From NCBI GenBank assembly GCA_964636385.1, contig CAZWSC010000096.1, positions 131,593 to 195,592 of the forward strand: a stretch of 64,000 bases of DNA. The letters are read 5' to 3'. This DNA is from an uncultured bacterium (GTDB taxonomy: Bacteria > Eisenbacteria > RBG-16-71-46 > CAIMUX01). The notes beneath the pieces are model-generated. The model made no database searches. It was not told where the DNA came from and saw only the letters and a program-made list of their open reading frames with translations. This document shows positions 27,279 to 37,323 of the stretch, one piece after another. The stretch's first letter is position 1; every line of letters starts with the position of its first letter. Position numbers and translations under genes: made by a program.

Positions 27279-29417
27279 ATGCAGATGAATGCTGCCGGTA
27301 ATGGCGTATGGAAAAGGTCGGTTCGGCTGGGAGATCACGAGATTTCGGTCGAGACCGGCCGTATGGCAAGGCAGGCGAACGGGGCGGTCCTGATCCGGCA
27401 GGGAGACACGACGATCCTGGTTACCGCGGTCTCAGCCGGGAAGCCGAGACCGGGGGCCGACTTCTTCCCCCTCACCGTGGAGTACCGCGAGCGCTTCTCC
27501 GCAGCGGGAAGGTTTCCGGGGGGATACCGAAAGCGCGAGGGCAGGATCACGGATCACGAGATCCTATCCAGCCGGCTCATAGACAGGACCGTCCGTCCCC
27601 TCTTCCCGGATGGATATCGCAACGAGGTACAGGTGCAGGCGACAGTACTCTCGTACGAGCCGGGGACTGATCCCGGAACCCTGGCGATCACCGGTGCGGC
27701 GGCTGCCCTGCATGTCTCGGACATCCCGTTCGAGGGGCCGGTTGCCGGCCTTCGTCTGGTCATGGATGCACAGGGAGAGTGGACGTCCATGAGACCGGCG
27801 GGCCAAGGCGCCCGCTGTGACCTTGCAGTTTCCCTGGGGGCGGCCGGCCTTGTGATGATGGAGGGGGAGGCTGATCAGATTTCGGAGAAGGATCTCGTTG
27901 ATGCTGTCAGGCAGGCGGGCGAGGCGGTCCAGCCTCTCCTCGGCCTCCTGGAGGACCTTCGCCGGGATCGTGGCGTGGAGAAGGCCGCATTCGAGGCGGA
28001 GGCGGCCGACTCCGCACTGACGGAGTGGGTGCGCGGGCACGCGGAGAGCGACCTGAGGGAGGCGCTACGCGTCCCGGGCAGGAAGGAGCGGGCTGCCGCG
28101 CTGGAGGCGGTCGCCGGACGCATTCGCGAACTGGCCGAAGGCACGGACACGGAGGGTGAGCCCGCCCCCGTCTCTGCCGAGCGGGCGGTGCGCGCCCTGC
28201 ACGCTCTGGAATCGGAGATCCTGCGCCGCATCATCCTGGAGGAGGAGCACAGGGCGGACGGACGGAACCCGAGGCAGGTCCGTCCCATCACCCCGGAGGT
28301 GGGCGTGATCCCGCGCGTGCACGGGTCGTCGCTCTTCACACGGGGAGAGACGCAGGCCCTCGCTGTCCTGACCCTTGGCACGGGCCGTGATGAGCAGGAG
28401 GTAGAGTCCCTGGACGGTGTCGGGCGGGACAGGTTCATGCTCTTCTACAGCTTCCCGCCCTACTCGGTCGGTGAGACACGTCCTCTGCGCGGGCCGGGCC
28501 GCCGCGAGATAGGGCACGGAAACCTGGCCCGTCGCGCGCTTGAGGCAGTATTGCCGTCGCCTGAGGAGTTCCCGTATACCATGAAGCTCGAGTCGGAGAT
28601 AACCGAGTCGAACGGCTCCTCCTCGATGGCGACCGTATGCGCCTGCTGCCTTGCGTTGATGGACGGAGGCGTGCCGGTGGATAAGTCTGTCGCGGGAATA
28701 GCCATGGGCCTTGTCTGTGACGGGTCACGGACCGTGATCCTGTCCGACATCCTGGGCGTGGAGGATCACCTCGGTGACATGGACTTCAAGGTGGCCGGTA
28801 CGGATGCGGGAATCTGCGCGGTTCAGCTGGACAACAAGATCGGTTCGCTGCCACTTGAGGTATTGGAGGCTGCACTTGCGCAGGCCAGGGAGGGCCGGCT
28901 GAGCATACTGCGGGAGATGGGCAGGGCCCTGTCTGCGCCGAGAAGCGACCTTTCCAGGCTCGCCCCCCGCGTGGCGATCATGAAGATCGCGCCCCACCGG
29001 ATACGGGATCTGATCGGTCCCGGAGGCCGGCACATCCAGGATCTTCAGGCCGACACCGGAACGAGGGTGGACGTGCAGGATGACGGCACGGTCCGGATCT
29101 ACGCCGCCGATGCGGGCGCGCTGCCTCATGCGCGACGGCGGGTGTTCGATCTGACCGGAGAGCCCGAGGTGGGGAAGTACTACCGCGGGATCGTTACCGG
29201 CGTGAAGGAGTTCGGCTGTTTCGTTCGCCTCTTCCAGGGGATAGAGGGTTTGGTTCACGCAAGCGAACTGGCGCCGGGTCCCATCCGGGATACCGCGCAA
29301 GTTGCGGCTGAGGGAGACGAGATGGTGGTGAAGGTCCTGGGGGTGGAGAACGGGCGCATCGCCCTCTCCCGCAGACAGGCCATGGATGTCGGAGCGTCGG
29401 AGACAGAGAACCCGTGA
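27279..29417 (+). CDS. pnp: Polyribonucleotide nucleotidyltransferase (PNPase)
   Basis: N-terminal RNase PH-like motifs (ETGRMARQANGAVLIRQGDTTILVTAV, FFPLTVEYRERFSAAGRFPGGYRKREGR), a second PH domain, and KH + S1 at the C-terminus. ATG 27279 is preceded by GGGGAG. Confidence 0.92.
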   Translation: MQMNAAGNGVWKRSVRLGDHEISVETGRMARQANGAVLIRQGDTTILVTAVSAGKPRPGADFFPLTVEYRERFSAAGRFPGGYRKREGRITDHEILSSRLIDRTVRPLFPDGYRNEVQVQATVLSYEPGTDPGTLAITGAAAALHVSDIPFEGPVAGLRLVMDAQGEWTSMRPAGQGARCDLAVSLGAAGLVMMEGEADQISEKDLVDAVRQAGEAVQPLLGLLEDLRRDRGVEKAAFEAEAADSALTEWVRGHAESDLREALRVPGRKERAAALEAVAGRIRELAEGTDTEGEPAPVSAERAVRALHALESEILRRIILEEEHRADGRNPRQVRPITPEVGVIPRVHGSSLFTRGETQALAVLTLGTGRDEQEVESLDGVGRDRFMLFYSFPPYSVGETRPLRGPGRREIGHGNLARRALEAVLPSPEEFPYTMKLESEITESNGSSSMATVCACCLALMDGGVPVDKSVAGIAMGLVCDGSRTVILSDILGVEDHLGDMDFKVAGTDAGICAVQLDNKIGSLPLEVLEAALAQAREGRLSILREMGRALSAPRSDLSRLAPRVAIMKIAPHRIRDLIGPGGRHIQDLQADTGTRVDVQDDGTVRIYAADAGALPHARRRVFDLTGEPEVGKYYRGIVTGVKEFGCFVRLFQGIEGLVHASELAPGPIRDTAQVAAEGDEMVVKVLGVENGRIALSRRQAMDVGASETENP

Positions 29418-30772
29418 GCAGGAAGCGCGGGCAGACCCTTCCGGCCTCTGATCTGGCCTCAGGCATACTCCTGTGGGCCTACCTGCTGCTGCTGGCGTTC
29501 GTGTGGCACGGGGCCCGGTATACACCCGATGGAGCGGTCCTGATACGCCTGGCTGCCGCGATCCTCTGCGATCTCGTCTGGATCCCCCTCGGGCTCGTGT
29601 TGTGGTCCTGTTTCCTGCACTGGTTGTTCGGGCTGATTCTGCGTCCGTCCGGAAGACTGGAACGGTTCTCGGCCGCATTGGCCGCCTTGCTCGGAGCGGT
29701 GGCGATTGTCCTCGGCTTCATGGACACAGCCTTTGCACTCCTGGCGATTCCGCTGCCGGTGTTTCTTGTCCGGTACTTTCTGAGGAGCATCCGCAAGGGA
29801 CGACTGCGTACACTTGCACAGAGGATGTTGACGGTTCACTCTCCTCTTCTCCTCATAATGCTTCTGACCGGCCTGCACTACGGACGCCAGCTCATCCCCT
29901 TGAGGGTCTCTCCGTATGCTGCCTCCTCCGTGAGGGTCATGACGTACAACATCCAATCCTGCGGTGACACGGGGATGCGAAAGCAGGCAGCCGCCGGGAT
30001 CCGGCGGGAGGCCCCGGACATCCTGCTCCTGCAGGAGCTGAGAGCCGGCGAGTGCGACTTCTTCTTCCGCCGGGAGCTGGGGGATCTGTATCCATACATG
30101 CTCACCACAGCCGACAGGGTCCGGTGGGGAGGCGATATCGTGGCGATAATGTCCCGGTACCCGCTGACTCTGTTCAGCCCTGAAGGGGTGGCACCCGGGG
30201 GAAAGGGGATCAGCGGGAGTCTCTTTGCGGTTCTCGAGGTCGGGGAGCGGCGAATCTGCGTTGCCTGCGTTCACCTTCAGTCAGGAGGCCGGAGGCTCGA
30301 GGACGCTGCCCGCCGTCGCCTGTCCCCCACGGAGACCCTGGAGAGGATCGGCCCGTTGGAGAGGTCCGTAGAGGCCACCCGCCGCAGGCATGCCGCCTGG
30401 CTGACCGATGCCACCGTTTCCGCCGGTCTGCCGGTGATAATGGCCGGCGACTTCAACGACACTCCGAACGGCCAGGTCTACAGGATGCTGGATGCACGGA
30501 TGGACAATGCCTTCGCCGTGCGCGGACGCGGGCTGGGTGCGACATTCGGGGAGTCGTGGATCATGGGCAAGAGACGGCTGCGTGAGATTCCCCTGGTCGG
30601 ATTGCTTGCCAGGGACATTCTGAGAATCGACCATCTGTTCGTGAGTCGGGATCTCCCAGTGCTCTCGGCACGAGTTGTGCGGGATGCCCGGGGTTCGGAC
30701 CACAAGCCGGTCCTGGCGGACATCGGTCTGGACCTGCCGGCCGCTATCGGGGACGGTTCCAGAGGCAGATGA
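29414..30772 (+). CDS. Membrane-anchored endonuclease/exonuclease/phosphatase (EEP) family protein
   Basis: Four or five N-terminal TM helices, then an EEP domain (VMTYNIQSCG...DILLLQEL...GSDHKPVLADI). ATGA overlap with the pnp stop. Confidence 0.72.
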   Translation: MSRKRGQTLPASDLASGILLWAYLLLLAFVWHGARYTPDGAVLIRLAAAILCDLVWIPLGLVLWSCFLHWLFGLILRPSGRLERFSAALAALLGAVAIVLGFMDTAFALLAIPLPVFLVRYFLRSIRKGRLRTLAQRMLTVHSPLLLIMLLTGLHYGRQLIPLRVSPYAASSVRVMTYNIQSCGDTGMRKQAAAGIRREAPDILLLQELRAGECDFFFRRELGDLYPYMLTTADRVRWGGDIVAIMSRYPLTLFSPEGVAPGGKGISGSLFAVLEVGERRICVACVHLQSGGRRLEDAARRRLSPTETLERIGPLERSVEATRRRHAAWLTDATVSAGLPVIMAGDFNDTPNGQVYRMLDARMDNAFAVRGRGLGATFGESWIMGKRRLREIPLVGLLARDILRIDHLFVSRDLPVLSARVVRDARGSDHKPVLADIGLDLPAAIGDGSRGR

Positions 30773-31241
30773 TCTCCGGGAACTCTCTGGCGAGGGATGC
30801 AGCACAGTTCGAATCGACCAGGCAGAACTCGCCGCGGACCAGGCCACCGGTGCGGACTACGGCGGCGTTACCTGAGTTGAGCCGACGCACGGCCTGGTCG
30901 TTCAGGTCCAGATATGTTATGCGGTCGCCATCCACCGTGAAGAAGTAGCGCCGGTTGCCGCCGCACGCGTCGCGGATCCAGCCCGTCCTGATCATCCGCT
31001 CCTTCAGCAGTTCCTTCTCCCGGATGGCTGCCTCTGTCCTTCTTGCGTGCTCGCGCTCCTGATCGAGCCTGCGCCTCTGTTCCTGTTCCTCCCGGAAGGT
31101 CCGGTCCTGTGCTTCCTTCTCGGCTGCGATTCCGTCATGACCGACTTCCTTGCGATGGATGCGCTCCTGGTGCGCCGCCTGCCGGGCCTTCTTCTTCGAG
31201 ACCAGGCCTGCCTTGAGGAGCTGTTCACGAATGTCGCCCAT
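30744..31241 (-). CDS. DUF2058-like basic/charged protein, hypothetical
   Basis: ATG 31241 gives MGDIREQLLKAGLVSKKKARQA..., resembling the DUF2058 N-terminus. Lys/Arg/Glu-rich coiled segment. The upstream ORF extension is not protein-like. Confidence 0.45.
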   Translation of the reverse strand: MGDIREQLLKAGLVSKKKARQAAHQERIHRKEVGHDGIAAEKEAQDRTFREEQEQRRRLDQEREHARRTEAAIREKELLKERMIRTGWIRDACGGNRRYFFTVDGDRITYLDLNDQAVRRLNSGNAAVVRTGGLVRGEFCLVDSNCAASLAREFPEIICLWNRPR

Positions 31242-31503
31242 TGAACCTCCGGCACCTCCGGGTGCTTCGTCCGATCCGGTTGTGGGAGGATAGCATAACC
31301 CGCGGTGCCCGGTCCTGCCGACGTCTGGTGGGACTCCCCCGCGCCCGGGTTTCCCGCAGTGGAATCGCAAGTGAAAACGCTTCATTGGCAACGTGTTGCA
31401 GCTCCATGGACGGGTGGGCCCGAATCGGCTATACTTGAAGATGTCTGGTCAACCAACTGCCCAGCCGAGCCTGCCCGGCCAGGCTTCGAGGAGGAACGAC
31501 ACC

Positions 31504-34050
31504 ATGCGCTACCCATTTCTGACGATTATTGCCCTGTCCATAACCGCCCTCTTGTCTCCCGGACAGACGGCTGCCGAGCTGGTCAGCCGTCAGGATATGG
31601 ACCAGGTCAGCCAGACCTGGTTGGCCCTCATGTCTGAGGAGCCTGATGGCTGGGGAGGGAGCCGGGATCCCCGGGTTGCGGCCGTGAGTGAGCTGGAGGA
31701 TGAGTTCGGCCTCCTGGCCCGCGTCTTCCACGCTGATCCTGAAGGGTTCATCATCGTCCCGGTCATCAGGGAACTCCCCCCGGTGCAGGCTTACTCGACA
31801 ACAGGGAGCCTGGATGTCACAGAGACAGATGGGTTTGTCCAACTGCTTCGCGAGGTATTGCGGTCCCGGCTGGACCGGTTCGTAGAACTTCACGGTTCCC
31901 TGGATGCCCGTGGGCCTGAGCCTGCCGGGCCGCAACGCCCTCGCGGTGACTCCGGGAGCAGGTTCATGGAAGGCGAGCCCAACCACCGCGCGACATGGGG
32001 CCTGCTCCTTCAGGGAGCGGAGCAGGTTCGCGCCTGCCACAAGGACGTCCAGAATCGAAGCACCATAATGATAGGACCGCTGATGACCACTTCCTGGCAC
32101 CAGAATGCGCCTTACAACAATCTCGCCCCGATGGGGGATGGAGGCCGGTGTCTGGTGGGATGTGTGGCCACCGCGGCCGCCCAGGTCATGAGATACTACA
32201 ACTGGCCGCCCGCCGGAACAGGAAGCAGGCAGTACTGGTGGAACGGTGACCAGTCGTGCGGCGGCAATACGCCGGGCCAGTACCTGTTCGCGGACTTCTC
32301 CGACCCCTACGACTGGGACAACATGCCAAACCACTGCAATCCGGCCTGTGGCCCGGAGCAGCAGGATGCTCTGGCAGAGCTCAACTATGAGGTCGGAGTC
32401 GCCTTCAGCATGAACTACGGCTTCTGCGGATCGGGAACCTATACCTCCTATGCCCTGACGGTCATGCCCCAGTACTTCGACTACAGCAGCCAGATGAATG
32501 CCCAGTACCGCAGCCAGCACAGTGTTGACTCGTGGTTCAACGTCGTGCGGAGCGAGGTCAATAACAGCAGGCCGATGCTGTACAGTTTCCGCTACGATGC
32601 ATCATCCGGGCATGCAGTGGTGTGTGACGGCTGGGCGGAAGTCTACGGCGAAAGGATGTATCACATTAATTACGGGTGGGGCGGAAACCACACCACCTGG
32701 TACACCATCGACAACATCTATCACTCCCAGGATCCGATGCAGGAGGTGCTGTACCGCCGGGTAATGCCCGCCACTCCCTGGACGGTAACCGTTGCCCCCG
32801 ACGGCTCGGGTGATTACCTGACCATCCAGGATGCGGTTGATGCCGTGTTCGGCGGATGTGTCGTCGAGCTTGCCGACGGGGTCTACAGCGGCGAGGGCAA
32901 CCGCGACATCCGGTTGGACGCCAAGGAGATCACGATACGGTCCCAGGGCGGCGATCCTGCCCTGTGCATAATCGACTGCGAGGGCGATGCAGAGAATCCC
33001 CGCAGCGGGTTCATCTTCGACTTCGGGGATCCTCCGACCACTGTGATCGAGGGGATCACCATAACCAACGGGTATGGGACAAGCGGAGGCGCGGTGAGGA
33101 TCGAGAACGGCAGTTCTCCAACCTTCGTCAACTGCGTTTTCCTGAACAACACAGCCACATCTGACGGCGGTGGTGTATTCGCATTGGACGGCTCCAATCC
33201 GCAGTTCATCAACTGCCGTTTCGAGGGGAATGCGGCCGGATCCGTGGGAGGCGGGCTTCGATTGCGCTTCGCCGGCGGCCTTGTTCAGTCCTGCGTGTTC
33301 CTCAACAACCATGCGCAGGGTCACGGTGGGGCGATGCACCTGAGGGCGTCCTCTCCGGACATCGATGGTTGCACCCTCTACGGCAACAGCACGGGCGGCA
33401 ATGGCGCCGGGATCACCATGGGCCAGTCCTCCTCGCCCGCGATACAGAACACGATCATCGCGTTTAGCACCCAGGGAACTGCGATGCACATCGTTGACGA
33501 AGGCAGCAGCCAGCCCGCGCTGACCTGCTGCTGCATTCACGAGAACGAAGGCGGCCCGGGTTCGGCAGCGCAGTTCATCGGGATGAGCGGCAACTTCGCG
33601 GATGATCCTCTCTTCTGCGATGCGGAGAACGGTGACTTGAGCCTGTGCGCCGACTCTCCCTGCCTGCCCGGAGGCGCATGTGCGGATCTCATCGGCGCAC
33701 TCGGCGAGGGATGCGGATCCTGTGGCGAGGGGGCATCTGTCGGGGAGATCGCTGCGAGGGCGGCAACCCTCTACCTGGCACCCTGCATGCCGAATCCGTT
33801 CAGTTCCAGTGCCTCAATAACCTTTGCCGTTCCCGAGAGTGCTGCGGGCAATCACGTTTCCCTGAGCGTCTACTCGGCTTCAGGCCGCCTGGTGCGAACC
33901 CTTGTCCAGAGAGAACTGGGCGCAGGCGTGCATCATGCGGAGTGGGAGGGAAGGGACGGCGATGGCCGCTCCGTTGCCAGTGGAGTTTACTATCTCAGGC
34001 TCGCCGCCGGCGGCGGAGAGATGACGCGAAGCGTCCTTCTGCTGAGATAG
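31504..34050 (+). CDS. Streptopain-like cysteine peptidase (C10) fused to parallel beta-helix repeats and a C-terminal T9SS-like sorting domain
   Basis: Signal peptide MRYPFLTIIALSITALLSPGQTAA. C10 catalytic Cys motif GCVATAAAQVMRYYNWP and His region SGHAVVCDGW...HINYGWGG. Beta-helix repeats (NCVFLNNTATSDGGGVF...). CTD tail (NHVSLSVYSASGRLVRTL...GVYYLRLAAGG...SVLLLR). Confidence 0.85.
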   Translation: MRYPFLTIIALSITALLSPGQTAAELVSRQDMDQVSQTWLALMSEEPDGWGGSRDPRVAAVSELEDEFGLLARVFHADPEGFIIVPVIRELPPVQAYSTTGSLDVTETDGFVQLLREVLRSRLDRFVELHGSLDARGPEPAGPQRPRGDSGSRFMEGEPNHRATWGLLLQGAEQVRACHKDVQNRSTIMIGPLMTTSWHQNAPYNNLAPMGDGGRCLVGCVATAAAQVMRYYNWPPAGTGSRQYWWNGDQSCGGNTPGQYLFADFSDPYDWDNMPNHCNPACGPEQQDALAELNYEVGVAFSMNYGFCGSGTYTSYALTVMPQYFDYSSQMNAQYRSQHSVDSWFNVVRSEVNNSRPMLYSFRYDASSGHAVVCDGWAEVYGERMYHINYGWGGNHTTWYTIDNIYHSQDPMQEVLYRRVMPATPWTVTVAPDGSGDYLTIQDAVDAVFGGCVVELADGVYSGEGNRDIRLDAKEITIRSQGGDPALCIIDCEGDAENPRSGFIFDFGDPPTTVIEGITITNGYGTSGGAVRIENGSSPTFVNCVFLNNTATSDGGGVFALDGSNPQFINCRFEGNAAGSVGGGLRLRFAGGLVQSCVFLNNHAQGHGGAMHLRASSPDIDGCTLYGNSTGGNGAGITMGQSSSPAIQNTIIAFSTQGTAMHIVDEGSSQPALTCCCIHENEGGPGSAAQFIGMSGNFADDPLFCDAENGDLSLCADSPCLPGGACADLIGALGEGCGSCGEGASVGEIAARAATLYLAPCMPNPFSSSASITFAVPESAAGNHVSLSVYSASGRLVRTLVQRELGAGVHHAEWEGRDGDGRSVASGVYYLRLAAGGGEMTRSVLLLR

Positions 34051-34123
34051 CCGCAGGGGTATGGAGCGGAATCCCCGGCGGTGCGGGTGCTCCGGTCCAG
34101 CTCCCGGGTGACCCGCAACCTGG

Positions 34124-34145
34124 TGCCGTCCCCCCGGGGACGGCA
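34124..34145. terminator. Short GC hairpin between convergent genes (possible bidirectional terminator)
   Basis: TGCCGTCCCC cc GGGGACGGCA, a 10-bp stem, lying between the C10 peptidase stop (34050) and the methyltransferase stop (34146). Confidence 0.3.
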
Positions 34146-34943
34146 TCAGCCTCCCGCGGTGATGTAGGCGATCCACCCCGGTGTCGTTTCGGCACGTTCC
34201 ACCCGCCTGAAGACGCCGTTTCCTTCTCCGGTGCTGCGATCCGTGCCCTCCCAGTAGACCCTGCTCCACTTGAAGCCGGCTTCAGCCAGGATCTCCCTGA
34301 CCTCCGGGATCGTCCAGAGGCGCCAGTCATAGGTGAAGGCGCGCCTTCGCATGGTTCCGTTGCGGAATCGGAAGTGTATGTGGAAGAGGGTCTCATGCGT
34401 GACCGGGTCGAAGCGTACCTGGTCCCATATGTACGTGTAGTTACGCTTGGGCTTCTCCTCCGTTTCCAGCGACTGCGCGTCCGATCCTCCGAATATGTCC
34501 AGCACCAGTATGCCGTCGTGTGTAAGCGAACGCCTGGCTGCCCTGAAGTAGCCGCGAAGCTCTTCACGGGTCTTGAAGGCGGAGTATGAGAAGTTCAGGG
34601 CTGCGACCACATCCACCCTTGGGCTGCGCACGTGCCGGACATCGTTGAGTATGAGACGCACACGATTCGCGTCCGGGCCCAGGGGTTCGATATGCCGCGT
34701 TCTGCCCCATTCCAGCGTAGACCGGTCCAGATCGACTCCCACGGCGAAATTGCTCCTGCGCCTCCTTACCCACTCGGCGCAGATTGCCGCAGTTCCACAG
34801 AAGTCCTCCTTCATTACCCTTGGGTGGCGGCCGTTGACTTCTCTGTAGAACCGGTCGATGGCCTGAACATCGGCCTCGGGACACTGGACGGAGTTCTCAT
34901 ACAGTTCATGGTTGCACATCTGCATGGGGTCTCTTCGCGCCAT
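34146..34943 (-). CDS. Class I SAM-dependent methyltransferase
   Basis: ATG 34943 (MARRDPMQM...). Motif I-like EDFCGTAAICAEWV, motif II-like VDVVAALNFSY and post-II ILVLDIFGG. The ORF-track TTG start at 35075 adds a non-protein-like N-terminus. Confidence 0.68.
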   Translation of the reverse strand: MARRDPMQMCNHELYENSVQCPEADVQAIDRFYREVNGRHPRVMKEDFCGTAAICAEWVRRRRSNFAVGVDLDRSTLEWGRTRHIEPLGPDANRVRLILNDVRHVRSPRVDVVAALNFSYSAFKTREELRGYFRAARRSLTHDGILVLDIFGGSDAQSLETEEKPKRNYTYIWDQVRFDPVTHETLFHIHFRFRNGTMRRRAFTYDWRLWTIPEVREILAEAGFKWSRVYWEGTDRSTGEGNGVFRRVERAETTPGWIAYITAGG

Positions 34944-34992
34944 CGTGTAAGTTTCTCCCTGATGCCTTCCCTGCTTCCTGCAATGGAAGGTG

Positions 34993-35952
34993 TCATGCCT
35001 GTCCGGGTTTCCGGTGAAGGTGTTGTTGGAATTGTCTGAAGTAATGTGAGGTGTGGGAGCTGCGGAAGCTGCCAACCACCTCGCTTGCCTCCAGGATGAC
35101 CTGAAAGGCGTCAGGATCCTCCTGCTTCACGATCTCCTCCAGTTCCTTTATCTCGCCCCTTGTCACCACGCACAGGAGGCCGACGATCTCCCTTCCGGTA
35201 AACGCGCCTTCGCCCCGGAAGACCGTCATGCCACGATCCATTCTGACCAGAACGGCTTCGCGGATCCTGTCGGGCCGCCTGGTCAGTATGAGGAAAGCCT
35301 TCCTGTGCCTGGGTGCGAGAATGGCGTCGACCGTCTTGCCGCTCGCGAATATGGCGACGAGAGTGTACATGGCGATCTCCGGGCTTCCTATCAGCCCGGA
35401 GGCGACAACGATGCATCCGTTGACCATCAGGAGCACCTCACCGACACCGATGCCGAAGCGTCGGTTGATGATTGTCCCCAGGATGTCGAGGCCGCCAAGG
35501 GATCCTCCGGACTTCAGCCCGAGCGATGTGCCGATTCCAGCGAACACCCCGCCGAATACTCCCGCCAGCAAAGGGTCGTCCGTCAGCACGGGCAGGGGAA
35601 CGTAGTCGACAAGGAGCCAGGTCCCCGCAACGGCCAGGGCCGAGTACAGGGCGAATCTCCTGCCGATCACCCGGAATCCGAGGATGAAGATCGGCACGTT
35701 GAGTGCGGCGATGGTCATCCCCACCGGGAACCGGAGGAGGTTGTAGAGAAGGAGCGATGTCCCCGCCACGCCGCCCGCCAGGAGCTGGTTCGGCTTGAAG
35801 AGGCAGCGTACGGCGGTGACGAAGAACGCGGTGCCGAGTGCAAGAAGGAGAAGCTGTCTGATCACGCTGAGAATGCGGCGAAGAATGGTCCTCTTCCCGG
35901 CATGGGGGAGAGGGCCGTCGGGATGCCTGAGCTCGTCCGGCAGATCCATCAT
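34993..35952 (-). CDS. YitT-family (DUF161/DUF2179) membrane protein
   Basis: ATG 35952 (MMDLPDEL...). TM core with the YitT pattern and a C-terminal DUF2179-like soluble domain (TVFRGEGAFTGREIVGLLCVVTRGEIKELEEIV). Confidence 0.78.
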   Translation of the reverse strand: MMDLPDELRHPDGPLPHAGKRTILRRILSVIRQLLLLALGTAFFVTAVRCLFKPNQLLAGGVAGTSLLLYNLLRFPVGMTIAALNVPIFILGFRVIGRRFALYSALAVAGTWLLVDYVPLPVLTDDPLLAGVFGGVFAGIGTSLGLKSGGSLGGLDILGTIINRRFGIGVGEVLLMVNGCIVVASGLIGSPEIAMYTLVAIFASGKTVDAILAPRHRKAFLILTRRPDRIREAVLVRMDRGMTVFRGEGAFTGREIVGLLCVVTRGEIKELEEIVKQEDPDAFQVILEASEVVGSFRSSHTSHYFRQFQQHLHRKPGQA

Positions 35953-35963
35953 CTCCTGTTTCC

Positions 35964-36878
35964 TCAGTGACGGGCGAATATGAGAGCGATGCCCGCCACG
36001 GCAAGGGCGGCACCCACAGCCGCCCGAAGGCTGATCCTTTCCCTGTGGACGAATGCCACCAGGGGAAGAATCAGCACCGGCATGGTCGAGGTCAAGGTGG
36101 CTGCTATCCCCGCCAGCGTGTATTTCACCGCGATCATCGACAGCCAGATTCCCAGCACCGGCCCCAGCAGGACACCGCACGCAGTTGCCGGAAGCACGCG
36201 CCGGTCCTCCATCAACCGCGCCAGCCCCAGGGGGCGGCGGGAAAGGATCCACACCACCCATATTCCGGCCGCTCCGGCAGCCATTCGAGTCGCCGTCGCG
36301 GGGAGAACGGGGACTCCGGCGCCCATTGCTTCCTTCGACAGGATGAGCCCAACGGACTGTCCAAGAGCTCCGAGCAGACCGAAGAAGACACCTGCCACAC
36401 GGGGCGTGCGGCCGGGAACCCTGCGAACTCCCGGCGGGAGGACTGCCGGCCGTTCCAGAACCACCCAGGTTACCCCTGCGACTGTCAGGGCCATACCCAG
36501 AAGGGCGATCAGGCGGGGGCGCTCATCCAGGTAGATGACTCCGAGAAGGATTGTGATGGGAGGGACGAGGGAGAACAGCAGGGTGGCCAGCCTGGGCCCC
36601 AGGATGTGCAGTGCCTGGTAGTAGGCCCAATCACCAAGGGTTAGGCCGATCAAGCCTGAGATGCCGAGCAGCGAGAGGTCGCGCAGGGTGGTGTCGCTGA
36701 TCCAGGTAGTGCCGCTTGTCACAACCGCCGCAGAGCATAGCAGCAGAGCCGCCAGGTTCAGGCGGATCAGGTTGAGACTGAACGAGCCGAGTCGGCGTAC
36801 CGCGAATCCGAAGATCAGCGAGTTGACGGACCAGAACAGGGCTGCGGCCAGCGCAGATATCTCACCCAGGTAGGCCAT
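35964..36878 (-). CDS. EamA/DMT-superfamily transporter
   Basis: ATG 36878 (MAYLGEISALAAALFWSVNSLIF...). Ten TM helices with a duplicated EamA pattern. Confidence 0.72.
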   Translation of the reverse strand: MAYLGEISALAAALFWSVNSLIFGFAVRRLGSFSLNLIRLNLAALLLCSAAVVTSGTTWISDTTLRDLSLLGISGLIGLTLGDWAYYQALHILGPRLATLLFSLVPPITILLGVIYLDERPRLIALLGMALTVAGVTWVVLERPAVLPPGVRRVPGRTPRVAGVFFGLLGALGQSVGLILSKEAMGAGVPVLPATATRMAAGAAGIWVVWILSRRPLGLARLMEDRRVLPATACGVLLGPVLGIWLSMIAVKYTLAGIAATLTSTMPVLILPLVAFVHRERISLRAAVGAALAVAGIALIFARH

Positions 36879-37323
36879 GCCCAGTGGACTCAGAACTGCA
36901 TCTTCTGCTTCTCCCGACACCATGCGTAGAAGCCCACAGCACAAATGGCCAGGGGCTTCGATCAGCCATGATCCCATCGGCTGCTTGTCGCCCGGGTATC
37001 TGTACCACGCTTTGCCCTCCCCGCAAACCCCAGGAGCCGGGCAATCGCCCGGACGCAGGCAGGGTGCTCGTCTCTGCGAAGCACGAACCGTCGGTTCTCA
37101 GGCAGCAGGTCCGGGATCTCCTCCACCAGATACCCCATGTCGCGCTCAACCGCCTTCGGGCCCGGCCGCCCATACGGCTTCCCCAACTGGGCCCGCTTCA
37201 GATCCGTGCGTCCCGGCTTGATGTCAGAGCAGAGATGCAGGCATATTCGTCCGGACACGACTGGCTGTATCCGCTGAACACAGGGGGCAGCCACCCCCGC
37301 ATTGCTGGACCTGGAGATCAGGA

